From: Opitutales bacterium
GTDB taxonomy: Bacteria > Verrucomicrobiota > Verrucomicrobiia > Opitutales > Coraliomargaritaceae
Assembly: GCA_049606355.1 (NCBI GenBank)
Contig: JBMYVL010000002.1
Coordinates: 1-32,000 of the forward strand
DNA: 32,000 nt
Reading direction: 5' to 3'
Under the pieces are notes generated by a model, which did no database searches, had not been told where the DNA came from, and worked only from the letters and a program-made list of their open reading frames with translations. Positions 9,250 to 19,044 of the stretch are shown here, in pieces. The position numbers and the translations under genes are program-made. Within the stretch, counting starts at the first letter, position 1; each line of letters starts with the position of its first letter.

Positions 9250-11439
9250 TTAAATAAAGGTGGCGATCACCAGTGCAACGACACTCATTAGTTTGAGTAA
9301 GATATTAAGCGATGGTCCGGATGTATCTTTAAACGGATCGCCAACCGTATCCCCAACGACGGCGGCCTTATGTGCCTCGGAGCCCTTGCTGAGTTGCTGA
9401 CCGTTGGCCGAGTAACCTTCTTCGATCATTTTCTTGGCATTGTCCCATGCGCCACCTGCATTGGACTGAAAGAGCGCTAATAATACTCCCGTTACGGTGA
9501 CGCCTGCAAGGAGTCCACCCAGCATTTCTGCGCCACCCAGAAAACCGACGGTGACGGGTGCCGCGACGGCAAGCACGCCTGGTTGAATCATTTCCCGTAT
9601 GGCAGCCTTTGTTGAGATCTCCACGCACTTTCCATATTCTGCTTGAGTGAGTGCCACATCAAAGGTGGTGCGATCGGCATCAGACCACGCTTCGGTGGCT
9701 TTACCTTCGTTGCGGTTTAAGGCTTCGAGGCCGGCTCGTAAGCCGGGGATGTCACGGAATTGCCGACGCACCTCTTCAATCATTGCCATGGCTGCACGTC
9801 CCACTGCCTCCATGGAAAGCGCTGAAAAAAGGAAGGGGAGCATGGCGCCCACAAATAGCGCAGCGAAGACCTTCGGATCCGTTACCTGGATCATCAGTTC
9901 TGTGCCGTTGGCTTGCTCCCAAGTTGTCTTAAAAGCGGCAAAAAGGGCGAGTGCGGTTAATGCAGCTGAGCCAATCGCGAAGCCTTTGCCGATTGCCGCG
10001 GTGGTGTTCCCCACTGCATCGAGCTTGTCGGTGCGTTGCCGCACTTCAGGTGGAAGTTCACTCATCTCTGCGATGCCGCCGGCGTTGTCGGAGATCGGCC
10101 CATAGGCATCGACCGCCAATTGAATGCCCGTATTTGACAGCATACCAACTGCCGCGATGGCGATGCCGTAGAGGCCAGCGAGTTCATAGGCTCCAAGTAT
10201 CGCCACAGCTAAAATAATAATGGGTATGGCCGTCGAAAGCATGCCGACACTCAAGCCTGCGATAATATTGGTCGCCGCACCCGTCACTGACTGGCGCACG
10301 ATAGCAACGACTGGTTTTTTGCCGGTTCCGGTATAGTACTCGGTGATCATTCCTATCAGGACTCCGGCAATCAGGCCTAGCCCCACTGCGCCAAAGATTC
10401 CCAGGGCGCTGTACTCGACCGCACCATGTGTCCATTGCTGGGGTAGCAAACTGCGGGTAATGAGGAAAGTACCGATAAGGAAAATACCACCAGCAATTAA
10501 TTCACCAGTGTTGAGGGCCTTGTGCGGACTGCCGCCATTTTTAACTCGCACGAAAAAAGTACCGATAATGGAGGTCAGAATGCCTAGGCCGGCAAGAATC
10601 AGAGGCAATAAAACTGCAGCCAATGGTAAGCCGGTGAACTCAGGTAAGCTCATGAAGACCGATCCCAATACCATGGTGCCGATAATCGAACCGACATAGG
10701 ATTCAAACAGATCGGCACCCATGCCAGCGACATCGCCAACATTGTCGCCCACGTTATCCGCAATGGTTGCCGGGTTGAGTGGATGGTCCTCGGGGATACC
10801 CGCTTCGACTTTACCCACGAGATCGGCGCCCACATCCGCCGCTTTGGTGTAAATGCCACCACCGACTCGAGCGAAAAGCGCGATCGAGGATGCGCCAAAG
10901 GAAAAGCCGGTGAGGATTGTCATTACGGCCTGGATGGATTCTGGACCGTTGCCAATCGCTTTGGAGAAAATCAGGAAAAGTGAGCCCAGGCCGAGGACAC
11001 CCAAGCCAACCACGCCCATTCCCATAACGGAACCCCCGGCAAACGCGATCTTGAGCCCTTCGCCAAGACTGGTGCGCGCACCGTGAGTGGTGCGAACGTT
11101 TGCCTTGGTGGCCACACGCATACCGATGAAACCTGCTAGTGCGGAACAAAAGGCACCTAAAATAAATGACAGCGCCGTAAACGGAGAGTTGGTTTCGCTG
11201 CTCAGTCCACCGATCAGTAAGAGGACTGCGATGCTGCCGACAAATAGGGCTAAGATCTTGTACTCAGCTCGTAAGAAGGCCATCGCGCCAAGAGCAATAT
11301 TCTCGGCGATGCGTTCCATCCGCGATGTGCCCGCCGCTTGTTTGGCGACCCAGCGGGACTTCCATGCGGTGAATGCCAGGGCAATGATGCCAAAGGCTGG
11401 GATGAGGTAGATCAGTTCGGCAGTCGTTAGAGTCGGCAT
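9250..11439 (-). CDS. hppA: membrane-integral K+-dependent-type H+/Na+-translocating pyrophosphatase
   Basis: A 729 aa polytopic protein with [41 protein letters not shown] and [19 protein letters not shown]. The GNTTAA variant (Ala rather than Lys) marks the K+-dependent subfamily. Confidence 0.93.
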   Translation of the reverse strand: MPTLTTAELIYLIPAFGIIALAFTAWKSRWVAKQAAGTSRMERIAENIALGAMAFLRAEYKILALFVGSIAVLLLIGGLSSETNSPFTALSFILGAFCSALAGFIGMRVATKANVRTTHGARTSLGEGLKIAFAGGSVMGMGVVGLGVLGLGSLFLIFSKAIGNGPESIQAVMTILTGFSFGASSIALFARVGGGIYTKAADVGADLVGKVEAGIPEDHPLNPATIADNVGDNVGDVAGMGADLFESYVGSIIGTMVLGSVFMSLPEFTGLPLAAVLLPLILAGLGILTSIIGTFFVRVKNGGSPHKALNTGELIAGGIFLIGTFLITRSLLPQQWTHGAVEYSALGIFGAVGLGLIAGVLIGMITEYYTGTGKKPVVAIVRQSVTGAATNIIAGLSVGMLSTAIPIIILAVAILGAYELAGLYGIAIAAVGMLSNTGIQLAVDAYGPISDNAGGIAEMSELPPEVRQRTDKLDAVGNTTAAIGKGFAIGSAALTALALFAAFKTTWEQANGTELMIQVTDPKVFAALFVGAMLPFLFSALSMEAVGRAAMAMIEEVRRQFRDIPGLRAGLEALNRNEGKATEAWSDADRTTFDVALTQAEYGKCVEISTKAAIREMIQPGVLAVAAPVTVGFLGGAEMLGGLLAGVTVTGVLLALFQSNAGGAWDNAKKMIEEGYSANGQQLSKGSEAHKAAVVGDTVGDPFKDTSGPSLNILLKLMSVVALVIATFI

Positions 11440-11521
11440 TGTAGTGGTATCTGGGGATAGGGTTTGAATGCTTGCGACGCAGTTCAGTGAGGCGCGCGTT
11501 CAGGTTTGAAGACTTTTGAGT

Positions 11522-11537
11522 GATTACAGGATTACAG
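11522..11537. repeat. perfect tandem duplication GATTACAG GATTACAG in an AT-rich divergent intergenic region
   Basis: Read directly from 11522-11529 and 11530-11537. Confidence 0.9.
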
Positions 11538-11737
11538 AGTATTCACAATAGCATTTTATAGATTCTTTGTTGGCTTTTGTGTGTCGAATACCCAGAAAAA
11601 GGATAACGGGCAGTCCGTAATATGAATGGCAGACGATTGGGTCATTAAAAGACTTGTACACCCTCAAACGAGGAACATTCTTTATTTTACAATCATTTAG
11701 AATAAGTTCGAACCGTATTACCCCAAGGATCAAAACC

Positions 11738-12151
11738 ATGATGCAACGACTGTCGCTAGCCTTCCTTTCGAGTTACTCAGACTTTGGTTTGTTAATCATG
11801 CGCATCGGTTTGGGCCTGATGATGATTCTTCATGGATGGCCAAAGCTTGCCGGCGGGGCTGAAACCTGGGAGAAATTGGGAGCGGCGATGGCCAACGTAG
11901 GCGTGACGGCGTTTCCGGTTTTCTGGGGATTTATGGCAGCAATGACCGAAGTCTTCGGTGGTCTCTTCCTCTTGCTTGGCTTTCTGACGCGCCTTTCAAG
12001 TGGTTTATTGGCTTTTGTAATGCTAATAGCTGCGTTGATGCATCTAGATGCCGGAGATGGCCTCAAGGGGGCAGGGCACGCTATTGAATTAGGCACAGTT
12101 TTTCTCGGCCTGATGTTTGTCGGCGCTGGAAAGTACAGCCTCGACGCATAA
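11738..12151 (+). CDS. DoxX-family membrane protein
   Basis: Shows LLIMRIGLGLMMILHGWPKL and four hydrophobic helices, with the small size typical of DoxX. The track ORF starts at 11654 inside AT-rich intergenic sequence, so the ATG-ATG at 11738 is preferred. Confidence 0.75.
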   Translation: MMQRLSLAFLSSYSDFGLLIMRIGLGLMMILHGWPKLAGGAETWEKLGAAMANVGVTAFPVFWGFMAAMTEVFGGLFLLLGFLTRLSSGLLAFVMLIAALMHLDAGDGLKGAGHAIELGTVFLGLMFVGAGKYSLDA

Positions 12152-12182
12152 GGAGCATCGTGCTGCGTGCGGCTTGCCGCGT

Positions 12183-14921
12183 TTATGCGTTACCGTTCAG
12201 CAGCGTGTGAGCCGCAGCTTGGAGTTCGGCCAATTTGCCGCGATCAGGTGCTGCGCCACGAGCCATATCGGGCTTGCCGCCACCCTTGCCGCCCGCGAGG
12301 GGTGCCAATTTTTGTATGAGTTGACCTGCGAGCCGATCGGTGGATTGGGCCTCCGAGCCACAGAGAGCACCGAGATGGAGTCGATCGCCATCATCAATAA
12401 TTACAACTGCGGCGTGGGCATATTGCTTTTGCTTCAGGGCATTGAGTAATTCCTGTAGCAGGGCTGCAGTGCCGTTCGCAGCAATCACGCAGTTGCGGTT
12501 TGTGTCCTGTGCCTCGAGTAAGGTTGCCGCGATCTTAGCAGCTCCGGCGGCTTGCGCTTTCTTAAGCGCCTTGTCGGCTTGTGCGGCGACTGCCTTGATC
12601 TGCTCTGCATTAGCGTCTGAATCGACCGAGAAGGTCTTGGCATCCAGTGCGGAGAGTGCTCGATTGCTCTGTTCGAGTTTATCCAGAGCGGCGTTCTTCG
12701 CGGCACTCTCTTTGCGCTCTTGTTCGTTTAAGTAAGCTTCAGCTGCCGCGCCACACAGTGCTTCGATACGACGCACGCCGGATGCAATCGCCGACTCAGA
12801 TTTGATTTTGAATACACCGATGTCGGCAGTATTGCGCACATGGGTACCTCCGCAAAGCTCCATGGAATAACCATCGAGAGCCTGACGACTGCCACCGATT
12901 TGAACCACGCGCACAGTGTCACCATACTTATCGCCGAAAAACTGCATAATGTCGCGACGTCCTTTAACGTCTGTATGGGCAACTTCCTGCCAAGAAACGC
13001 TTTCACCCTTGCGGATGCAGTCGTTCACCATGGCTTCCATTGCGGCGAGTTGCTTGGGGGTGACGGGTTTGGAATTGAAATCAAAGCGCAAACGGTCGGT
13101 GGAGACACTCGAGCCTTGTTGTGCGGCATCTGCGGAGACAACTTCATGCAAGGCCCAGTGCAAGAGGTGTGTCGCCGTATGGTGGGCTTCAATGGGTGCG
13201 CGGCGAGTACGATTGAGATCGATGCGCACGGTGTCGCCCACCTTGAAAAGGCTAGGGCTAACTTCTGCGATTACATGTGCAGTTGCATTCCCGATTTTTT
13301 GCACGGCAATGATCGGGTAGCGCTGACCATGGGTGGTTATCGACCCGGTGTCACCCTCTTGGCCGCCCATTTCGGTGAAGAGCACGGTCTTGTCGGTAAT
13401 GACAAGCACTTGCTTGTCTTGTGGGTGAATTTCGAGGATTTGCGCATCACAGTCGTCGGCGTCGAAGCCGAGGAATTCGGTCTGTGCTTCAGTTTCGAGA
13501 TCAAGTGCGCGTACCACTGTTTTCTTTTGCGCAGCGCGTGCCCGTTCGCGCTGTTGTTCCATACATGCTTCGACCGCCGCAGTGTCGAGAGCGATGCCGC
13601 GTTCGCGACAGAGTAGGTCGGTCAAGTCGATCGGAAAGCCGTAGGTATCGTAGAGTTTAAACGCATCTTCAGGGGCGAAAGTGGAAGATTGCTGCGCGGC
13701 ACTGTCAAAGAGCTGCAAGCCGCGATCGAGGGTTTTGTTGAAACTATTTTCTTCGCTACTAAGCGTTTCTTTGACTGCTGTGAGACGAGATTTTAGCTCT
13801 GGGAATACAGCACTGAATTCATCAACTAAAGTATCGACTAGTTTAGGGAGGAATGGCTCTTGGCCATCAAAACCTAGTGTGCGACCATACTTGACAGCAC
13901 GACGAAGGATGCGGCGCAGCACATAATTGCGCCCGGTGTTGCCGGGTACGATGCCGTCCGCAATGGAGAAGGTGAGTGTGCGAATGTGGTCGGCGATTAC
14001 ACGAAAAGCAATGGCCTCATTCAGTGTATCCGTCTGTTGGATACCTGCTTCAGGATAGATGTCCTGATAGCTTTTGCCGCAGAGTTTTTCCAGTGTGCGG
14101 AAGATTGGCTGAAAGACGTCGGTGGCGTAATTACTTGGCTTTTGAGAGAAGTCAGTGAAGCCCTTCGTGTTCTGGATTAGGGAGCAGGCTCGTTCAAAGC
14201 CCATTCCAGTATCCACATGTTTGGCAGGGAGATCTCGAAACGAGCCGTCGGCCTCGGCATTGTACTGGATAAAAACAAGATTCCAGATCTCAATGCATAG
14301 ATCAGAGTCTTGGTTGACTAAGCGACCACCGCTATCGCCTTTGGGGGTGAGGTCGACATGCAGTTCCGAACAGGGTCCGCAGGGGCCGGTCTCGCCCATC
14401 ATCCAGAAATTATCTTTAACGTTACCGTTGATGATATGGACCTTCGGGTCGAGCCCCTTGGCGGTAAAGAGTTTCGCCCAGTAGTCGTAGGCTTCTTGAT
14501 CGAACACAGAGGGATCCCCTTCGGATGGCGCATAGACCGTCGCATATAGGCGCTCCGCAGGAACACCCCAGACATCCACAATCAGTTCCCAGCCCCACTC
14601 AATCGCTTCTTGTTTGAAGTAGTCACCGAACGACCAGTTGCCCAGCATCTCAAAGAAGGTGTGGTGATAGGTGTCGTAGCCAACATCTTCCAAGTCGTTG
14701 TGTTTGCCGCCTGCGCGAATGCACTTTTGAGTGTCGGCCGCGCGTGCCGGGCTATACGGGGCTTTTTCTGTGCCAAGGAAATAGGGCACGAACTGATTCA
14801 TGCCCGCATTCGTGAATAGTAAACCAGGAGACTGTGGCAGCAACGAAGCTGACGGCACAATGCTGTGCTGTTTACTTTTGAAAAAGTCGAGGAAGGACTG
14901 GCGAATCTCAGCGGAGGTCAT
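12183..14921 (-). CDS. alaS: alanine--tRNA ligase
   Basis: Shows FTNAGMNQF, HHTFFEMLGNWSFGDYFK, the editing-domain HTATHLLH and CGGTH, and a C-terminal DHHA1-like GGKGGGKPDMA. The canonical N-terminus MTSAEIRQSFLDFF starts at 14921. The track start at 14966 adds 15 atypical residues. Confidence 0.95.
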   Translation of the reverse strand: MTSAEIRQSFLDFFKSKQHSIVPSASLLPQSPGLLFTNAGMNQFVPYFLGTEKAPYSPARAADTQKCIRAGGKHNDLEDVGYDTYHHTFFEMLGNWSFGDYFKQEAIEWGWELIVDVWGVPAERLYATVYAPSEGDPSVFDQEAYDYWAKLFTAKGLDPKVHIINGNVKDNFWMMGETGPCGPCSELHVDLTPKGDSGGRLVNQDSDLCIEIWNLVFIQYNAEADGSFRDLPAKHVDTGMGFERACSLIQNTKGFTDFSQKPSNYATDVFQPIFRTLEKLCGKSYQDIYPEAGIQQTDTLNEAIAFRVIADHIRTLTFSIADGIVPGNTGRNYVLRRILRRAVKYGRTLGFDGQEPFLPKLVDTLVDEFSAVFPELKSRLTAVKETLSSEENSFNKTLDRGLQLFDSAAQQSSTFAPEDAFKLYDTYGFPIDLTDLLCRERGIALDTAAVEACMEQQRERARAAQKKTVVRALDLETEAQTEFLGFDADDCDAQILEIHPQDKQVLVITDKTVLFTEMGGQEGDTGSITTHGQRYPIIAVQKIGNATAHVIAEVSPSLFKVGDTVRIDLNRTRRAPIEAHHTATHLLHWALHEVVSADAAQQGSSVSTDRLRFDFNSKPVTPKQLAAMEAMVNDCIRKGESVSWQEVAHTDVKGRRDIMQFFGDKYGDTVRVVQIGGSRQALDGYSMELCGGTHVRNTADIGVFKIKSESAIASGVRRIEALCGAAAEAYLNEQERKESAAKNAALDKLEQSNRALSALDAKTFSVDSDANAEQIKAVAAQADKALKKAQAAGAAKIAATLLEAQDTNRNCVIAANGTAALLQELLNALKQKQYAHAAVVIIDDGDRLHLGALCGSEAQSTDRLAGQLIQKLAPLAGGKGGGKPDMARGAAPDRGKLAELQAAAHTLLNGNA

Positions 14922-14969
14922 GGTAGGGGTGAGGCTTAGGTAGGCGCACTCAGTCGGATACGACATGCG

Positions 14970-16070
14970 TTAGAGTTTTGCCAGGACTGCAGCGCCCATT
15001 GCAGCCGTTCCTACGGCTTCGAGTCCGAAGGCGATGTCACCGGTGCGGGTGCCGGAAGTCACCGCTGCTTCAACGGCGGCTTCGATCGCCTCGGCCGCTT
15101 CGAGTTCGCCGAAACTGTAACGTAGCATCATTGCTGCTGAAAGAATTTGTGCACATGGGTTGGCGATGCCTTGTCCGGCGATGTCTGGAGCCGTGCCTCC
15201 GGAAGGCTCATAAAGACCAAAGGGCAGGCCTAGGCGGTTCTTTTCTGCTCCCAAGCTCGCAGAAGCAAGCATCCCGAGCGAGCCGCAGATGACGCCCATT
15301 TCATCGGAGAGAATGTCGCCAAACATGTTTTCAGTGAATAGAACGTCGAATTGATTCGGGTCGCGCGCCAGTTGCATCGCAGCATTGTCGACATACATAT
15401 GGCTGAGTTCGATTTCCGGTGCGTGTTGAGCGAAATAGTCTGTCACGACCTTTCGCCACAATACTGAAGTTTCCAATACGTTGGCTTTGTCGACTGAGCA
15501 GACACGCTTACCACGGGCTTTAGCAGTATCGATTGCGACCTGTGCGATGCGTTCGATCTCACTGGTTTTATAAACCATGGTATCAATCGCCAGCGCTTCG
15601 CCGTTTTCGAGTGTGGTCGTAGCCTTGGGTTGCCCGAAATAAATACCACCCGTCAATTCGCGGATACAGACAATATCTATTCCTGAGGGAATGCGCTCTT
15701 TCTTGAGGGGCGAGGCATCGGTTAATTGTGGGTAAAGCAGGCCGGGGCGCACGTTGGCATACAAAGAAAAGGCCTTACGGATAGGGAGCAGCGCGGCGCG
15801 CTCCGGTTGTTCTTTGGGCGGAAGGTTTTCCCATTTGGGGCCGCCGACGGAGCCGAACAGGATTGCATCACTTTGTTCGCAGATTGCCTTGGTGCTTTCT
15901 GGAAATGCCACGCCATGATTGTCGATGGCGATGCCGCCGATATCTGCCTGTGAATACTCTAAGCCAAACCCGAACTTCTCGCCGGTGGCTTTGAGGACAT
16001 CGAGAGCGACCTCCATAACTTCAGGGCCGATGCCATCACCGGGTAATACTGCGAACGTGTGCGTCTTCAT
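14970..16070 (-). CDS. leuB: 3-isopropylmalate dehydrogenase
   Basis: Shows AVLPGDGIGPEV, FGSVGGPKW, LYANVRP, IRELTGGIYFGQPK and MFGDILSDE. The ATG at 16070 (MKTHTFAVLPGDG) is preferred over the track start at 16118. Confidence 0.92.
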   Translation of the reverse strand: MKTHTFAVLPGDGIGPEVMEVALDVLKATGEKFGFGLEYSQADIGGIAIDNHGVAFPESTKAICEQSDAILFGSVGGPKWENLPPKEQPERAALLPIRKAFSLYANVRPGLLYPQLTDASPLKKERIPSGIDIVCIRELTGGIYFGQPKATTTLENGEALAIDTMVYKTSEIERIAQVAIDTAKARGKRVCSVDKANVLETSVLWRKVVTDYFAQHAPEIELSHMYVDNAAMQLARDPNQFDVLFTENMFGDILSDEMGVICGSLGMLASASLGAEKNRLGLPFGLYEPSGGTAPDIAGQGIANPCAQILSAAMMLRYSFGELEAAEAIEAAVEAAVTSGTRTGDIAFGLEAVGTAAMGAAVLAKL

Positions 16071-16198
16071 AATTCTGGAACTTAGGGAAAGCGCAGTAAT
16101 CTGCGTCCCGACGCACATGCTTCAAGCCTTTTTACCAGCGAGACTATTTGCCCGCTGCTGCCAGCCTGCTAATGGGGAAGCGCTCCTTGGGTACGTGG

Positions 16199-16552
16199 CT
16201 AAACGTTCAGGTTGGCAACCAGTGCACCGATGAAAACCAGTTCCGTCTCGCCATTGTTGCGGATTGCTTGCGTCTCGCCATCGCGCGTGATTTGTAGGGT
16301 TCCGGGTGTAAAAGGGTAGTCCACGCCATTATCTTCAACGATACCGCTGCCGGAGATGCAGTAATAAAAATCCTCCTCACCGTGATGTGAGTGCGGGCCA
16401 ATGGCTCCACCTGGTTCTAATCGAACCAAGCCCACGCTTTTGATGGCACTCCCCGGGTAAAGATCGAGTAATTTGTGGGCATAAACGGTGCCGTTACCAT
16501 CACGTACGCCTTCAGCTATTTCCGGAACAACTTCGTGAACATTTTTTATCAT
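16199..16552 (-). CDS. cupin-domain protein
   Basis: GGAIGPHSHHGEEDFYYCISGSG matches the cupin motif G(x)5HxH(x)3-4E(x)6G. A second beta-rich motif follows. Length is 117 aa. Confidence 0.75.
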   Translation of the reverse strand: MIKNVHEVVPEIAEGVRDGNGTVYAHKLLDLYPGSAIKSVGLVRLEPGGAIGPHSHHGEEDFYYCISGSGIVEDNGVDYPFTPGTLQITRDGETQAIRNNGETELVFIGALVANLNV

Positions 16553-16650
16553 GCGTTGAGTTTAAGGGCTTTGCCTGAGGAGTCATTAAAAAACGCACGG
16601 ACAAGGCAGTCGGGTGGATGCGTGGTCCTCGTTTAATGCGGCCTCACAGG

Positions 16651-16730
<80 letters not shown>

Positions 16731-16867
16731 CGCCAGTGAAAGTGTGCTTTAGAATCCGCTTGGCAAGCCAATCTCAACGACGCACTTCGACTTTGACTCC
16801 GATGATTGCGGCCTGACTGTGCTCGGCGGATCCGTGGATGCGATGCCTTGAGGAAAGGCGATGCAAG

Positions 16868-17176
16868 TTAAATGGAATCGTTACCCTTCGATAATTTCTG
16901 CAGAAAATCCCAACTGTACAGGCCGCTGTTATGGCCATCACTAAAGGTGGGACGCAGCGCATAGTTGCCCACAATTTCCCAATGTGTAATCTGCACACCG
17001 GGAAAATCCTTGGGCCCATCCCCTCCATAGCGTTGCCCGAAGATATCCCGCTCGCCGATATTTTGCGCACTGGGGGAGTGGCGACGCAAATCCTCTGCGG
17101 CAAAGTAACTCTCGTTACCATCTTCCCACAGGATGCAGAGCTCGTTGCCAATGAGTTGAATGTTTGTCGGCTTCAT
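16868..17176 (-). CDS. DUF971 (gamma-butyrobetaine hydroxylase-like N-terminal) domain protein
   Basis: The L.I.WEDG....F....LR..SPSA pattern, a later G.YAL...FSDGH.SG.YSW.FL and the ~100 aa length are typical of DUF971. Confidence 0.7.
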   Translation of the reverse strand: MKPTNIQLIGNELCILWEDGNESYFAAEDLRRHSPSAQNIGERDIFGQRYGGDGPKDFPGVQITHWEIVGNYALRPTFSDGHNSGLYSWDFLQKLSKGNDSI

Positions 17177-17194
17177 GGGGAAGTATAGCTGAGC

Positions 17195-18085
17195 TTATTG
17201 ATAAAAGCCGTCAGCTTGGAGGCGCTCCATGAGCTGAATGGCGGGCTCCGCACGATTGAGGATGTAGAGATGGAGCCCCGGGGCACCTTGATTCAAAAGT
17301 TCTTTCGCTTGTTGATAGAGCCACTCCGCTCCTGTGGCTTCACTTGCGGCTTTATCGCCGGCGACGGTACGGAGCTGCGCTTCCAGTTCTGCTGGTAAAT
17401 GGCTACCGCACATCGCACAGAAACGCTGAGCCTGATCAAAAGAGCTAACTGAAAGTAAGCCTGGGAGTATGGGTACCTCAATACCGTAATCCGCGCACTC
17501 ATCTCTAAAGCGGAAGTAAGTGGTGTTGTCGAAAAAGAGTTGGGTGGTGATGAAGGTTGCCCCTGCGTCCACCTTGCGCTTCAAGTTGACCAGGTCGACA
17601 CCCATAGAGGGCGCTTCGGGATGCTTTTCCGGATAACCGGCTACACCAATCGCACAACTGGGATACTCCTCGCGAATTAATTGCACCAATTCGTTGGCGT
17701 AGGAGAGCCCTTGTGGATGTGAGGTGAAATCGCGTTCGCCTTTGGGTGGATCGCCACGCAAGGCCATGATTTGCTCAAGGCCGGCAGCTTTAAACTCATG
17801 AATGATGGCCCGCAGCTCGTCCTTCGAGTGCCCCACGCAAGTCAAATGTGGCATCATCGCATAGCCGAGTTCATCGTGTAGGCGGCGCGCGTAGTTTAAG
17901 GTACGGCTGCGGGTGCTGCCACCGGCGCCATAGGTGATCGAGGCAAAATCGGGCGCGTAGGCTTTCAATTGAGCCGCGGTTTGCAGTAATTCAAGCGCAG
18001 CGTTTTCGGATTTAGGCGGAAAAAATTCGACCGAAAACAAGGGCTGCGGTGCTTGGAGCCGTTTTTGTAAAAAAGAGCGGTGCAT
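17195..18085 (-). CDS. metF: 5,10-methylenetetrahydrofolate reductase
   Basis: Shows FSVEFFPPKSE, ITYGAGGSTR, HLTCVGHS, ALRGDPP and ITTQLFFD, which are canonical MetF. Confidence 0.92.
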   Translation of the reverse strand: MHRSFLQKRLQAPQPLFSVEFFPPKSENAALELLQTAAQLKAYAPDFASITYGAGGSTRSRTLNYARRLHDELGYAMMPHLTCVGHSKDELRAIIHEFKAAGLEQIMALRGDPPKGERDFTSHPQGLSYANELVQLIREEYPSCAIGVAGYPEKHPEAPSMGVDLVNLKRKVDAGATFITTQLFFDNTTYFRFRDECADYGIEVPILPGLLSVSSFDQAQRFCAMCGSHLPAELEAQLRTVAGDKAASEATGAEWLYQQAKELLNQGAPGLHLYILNRAEPAIQLMERLQADGFYQ

Positions 18086-18088
18086 AAT

Positions 18089-18119
18089 ATATCAAGATAT
18101 TATGATATATTGATATGTA
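18089..18119. repeat. GATAT array: one inverted copy plus three direct copies at exact 8-bp spacing, with a 7-bp inverted repeat ATATCAA/TTGATAT
   Basis: GATAT occurs at 18096, 18104 and 18112. ATATC occurs at 18089. The inverted-repeat arms are 18089-18095 and 18110-18116. The array begins 4 nt upstream of the metF ATG (minus-strand gene). Confidence 0.85.
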
Positions 18120-18177
18120 AAGATCGAATTGAGCCTGTCCTCCCCACGGTACGTTGCTAGGGCTGTCGAGAGGACTG

Positions 18178-19035
18178 CTAGGTCCTTGCAGTATACCCGT
18201 ACAGCTCTATTTTAAGTCGTTTTGCTTGTTGGAGGGTCGCTTGTTTATCGAGAATGATGACTTTGTCCGCTTCAAGAGCTGCGGTATGGATACCGGCTTC
18301 GTGCATGGTTTCGAGTGTACGCACCCCAAAAACAGGGACATCGAATCGGTAATCTTGAGATTGTTTGACGGTTTTCACGAAAATCAGATCATCCGTTTTG
18401 AAGCTGCCGGCACGGCGGAGCATCGGATCGGTCCCCTCGTAAGCCTCTACGGCTAAGACTGTACCTTTGCGGACGACACAGCCTTGGCCGATATCCATGT
18501 CGGCGATTCCTTTAGCGATTCGAATGCCGTGCTCGATCGATCCAAGGTCCGCCTTCAGCTTATTGGCAGTCATTGGCCCTGCTGTTGCCAGCTCTTCATC
18601 GAGAAAGGCGCGCGCATCGAGCAGGTGCACGCCTATGGCTTCAATTTCGGTCGCAATCGCACCAAAGATAGTCTCTGCATTTTTGAGTTTGAGGCGATTG
18701 AGTAAGCGCAGCGTTTTGAGGTCAGGGCGAAGTCCATGAAAGAGCCGCTTCGGCGTCACTTGGCCCGCCATGAGTGCATAGCCCGACTCAAATTGAGTGA
18801 GTGCCTTGAGGAGTTTACCCAGTTGCCCAACTTTTACTTGAATATGTTCCGATGGCGCAAACGAATCAATCAAGCTAGCCTCGGTTTCATCTGCAAATGA
18901 GATGAGTCGAAGCGGCAGGCCCGCTTTGCGGATTTGCTTGGCGACCAGAATCGGATAGCGACCTTTACCGGCAATCAGGGTAACGGGTCGTACTCTGAAG
19001 TTTTCGGGTAGGAATCTGGATGGATGAACGGGCAT
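18178..19035 (-). CDS. lpxI: UDP-2,3-diacylglucosamine diphosphatase LpxI (DUF1009 family)
   Basis: The N-terminal LIAGKGRYPILVAKQIRKAG and C-terminal DIGQGCVVRKGTVLAVEAYEGTD ... FDVPVFG pattern is as I recall for LpxI. Length is 285 aa. Confidence 0.75.
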   Translation of the reverse strand: MPVHPSRFLPENFRVRPVTLIAGKGRYPILVAKQIRKAGLPLRLISFADETEASLIDSFAPSEHIQVKVGQLGKLLKALTQFESGYALMAGQVTPKRLFHGLRPDLKTLRLLNRLKLKNAETIFGAIATEIEAIGVHLLDARAFLDEELATAGPMTANKLKADLGSIEHGIRIAKGIADMDIGQGCVVRKGTVLAVEAYEGTDPMLRRAGSFKTDDLIFVKTVKQSQDYRFDVPVFGVRTLETMHEAGIHTAALEADKVIILDKQATLQQAKRLKIELYGYTART

Positions 19036-19044
19036 CGAGGTCGC

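Noticed and set aside
11524-11739. A 71 aa minus-strand ORF in the hppA-doxX spacer.
   Set aside because: Its AT-driven composition (Ile/Leu/Lys/Asn/Tyr-rich) suggests non-coding sequence. It overlaps the doxX start and the likely promoter region, and has no start context.
12840-13616. A 258 aa ORF antisense to alaS.
   Set aside because: It lies entirely inside the strongly supported alaS coding region on the opposite strand, has no recognisable motif, and is the kind of long shadow ORF common opposite GC-rich genes.
16081-16198. An imperfect hairpin (GGGAAAGCGCAG-taat-CTGCGTCCC) upstream of leuB as a leucine attenuator or leader.
   Set aside because: There is no leader peptide with Leu codons, no alternative pairing and no T-tract that I could find. 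It may simply be the cupin gene's 3' structure.
16774-17151. A 125 aa minus-strand ORF overlapping the DUF971 gene.
   Set aside because: It is an alternative frame of the same locus. The 16868-17176 frame gives the recognisable DUF971 pattern, whereas this frame gives Cys/Arg/Pro-rich sequence.
18096-18119. The 8-bp periodic boxes upstream of metF could be MetJ met-boxes.
   Set aside because: The sequence (GATATNNN) does not resemble the AGACGTCT consensus, and MetJ is restricted to gamma-proteobacteria. I kept it only as an unexplained periodic array.
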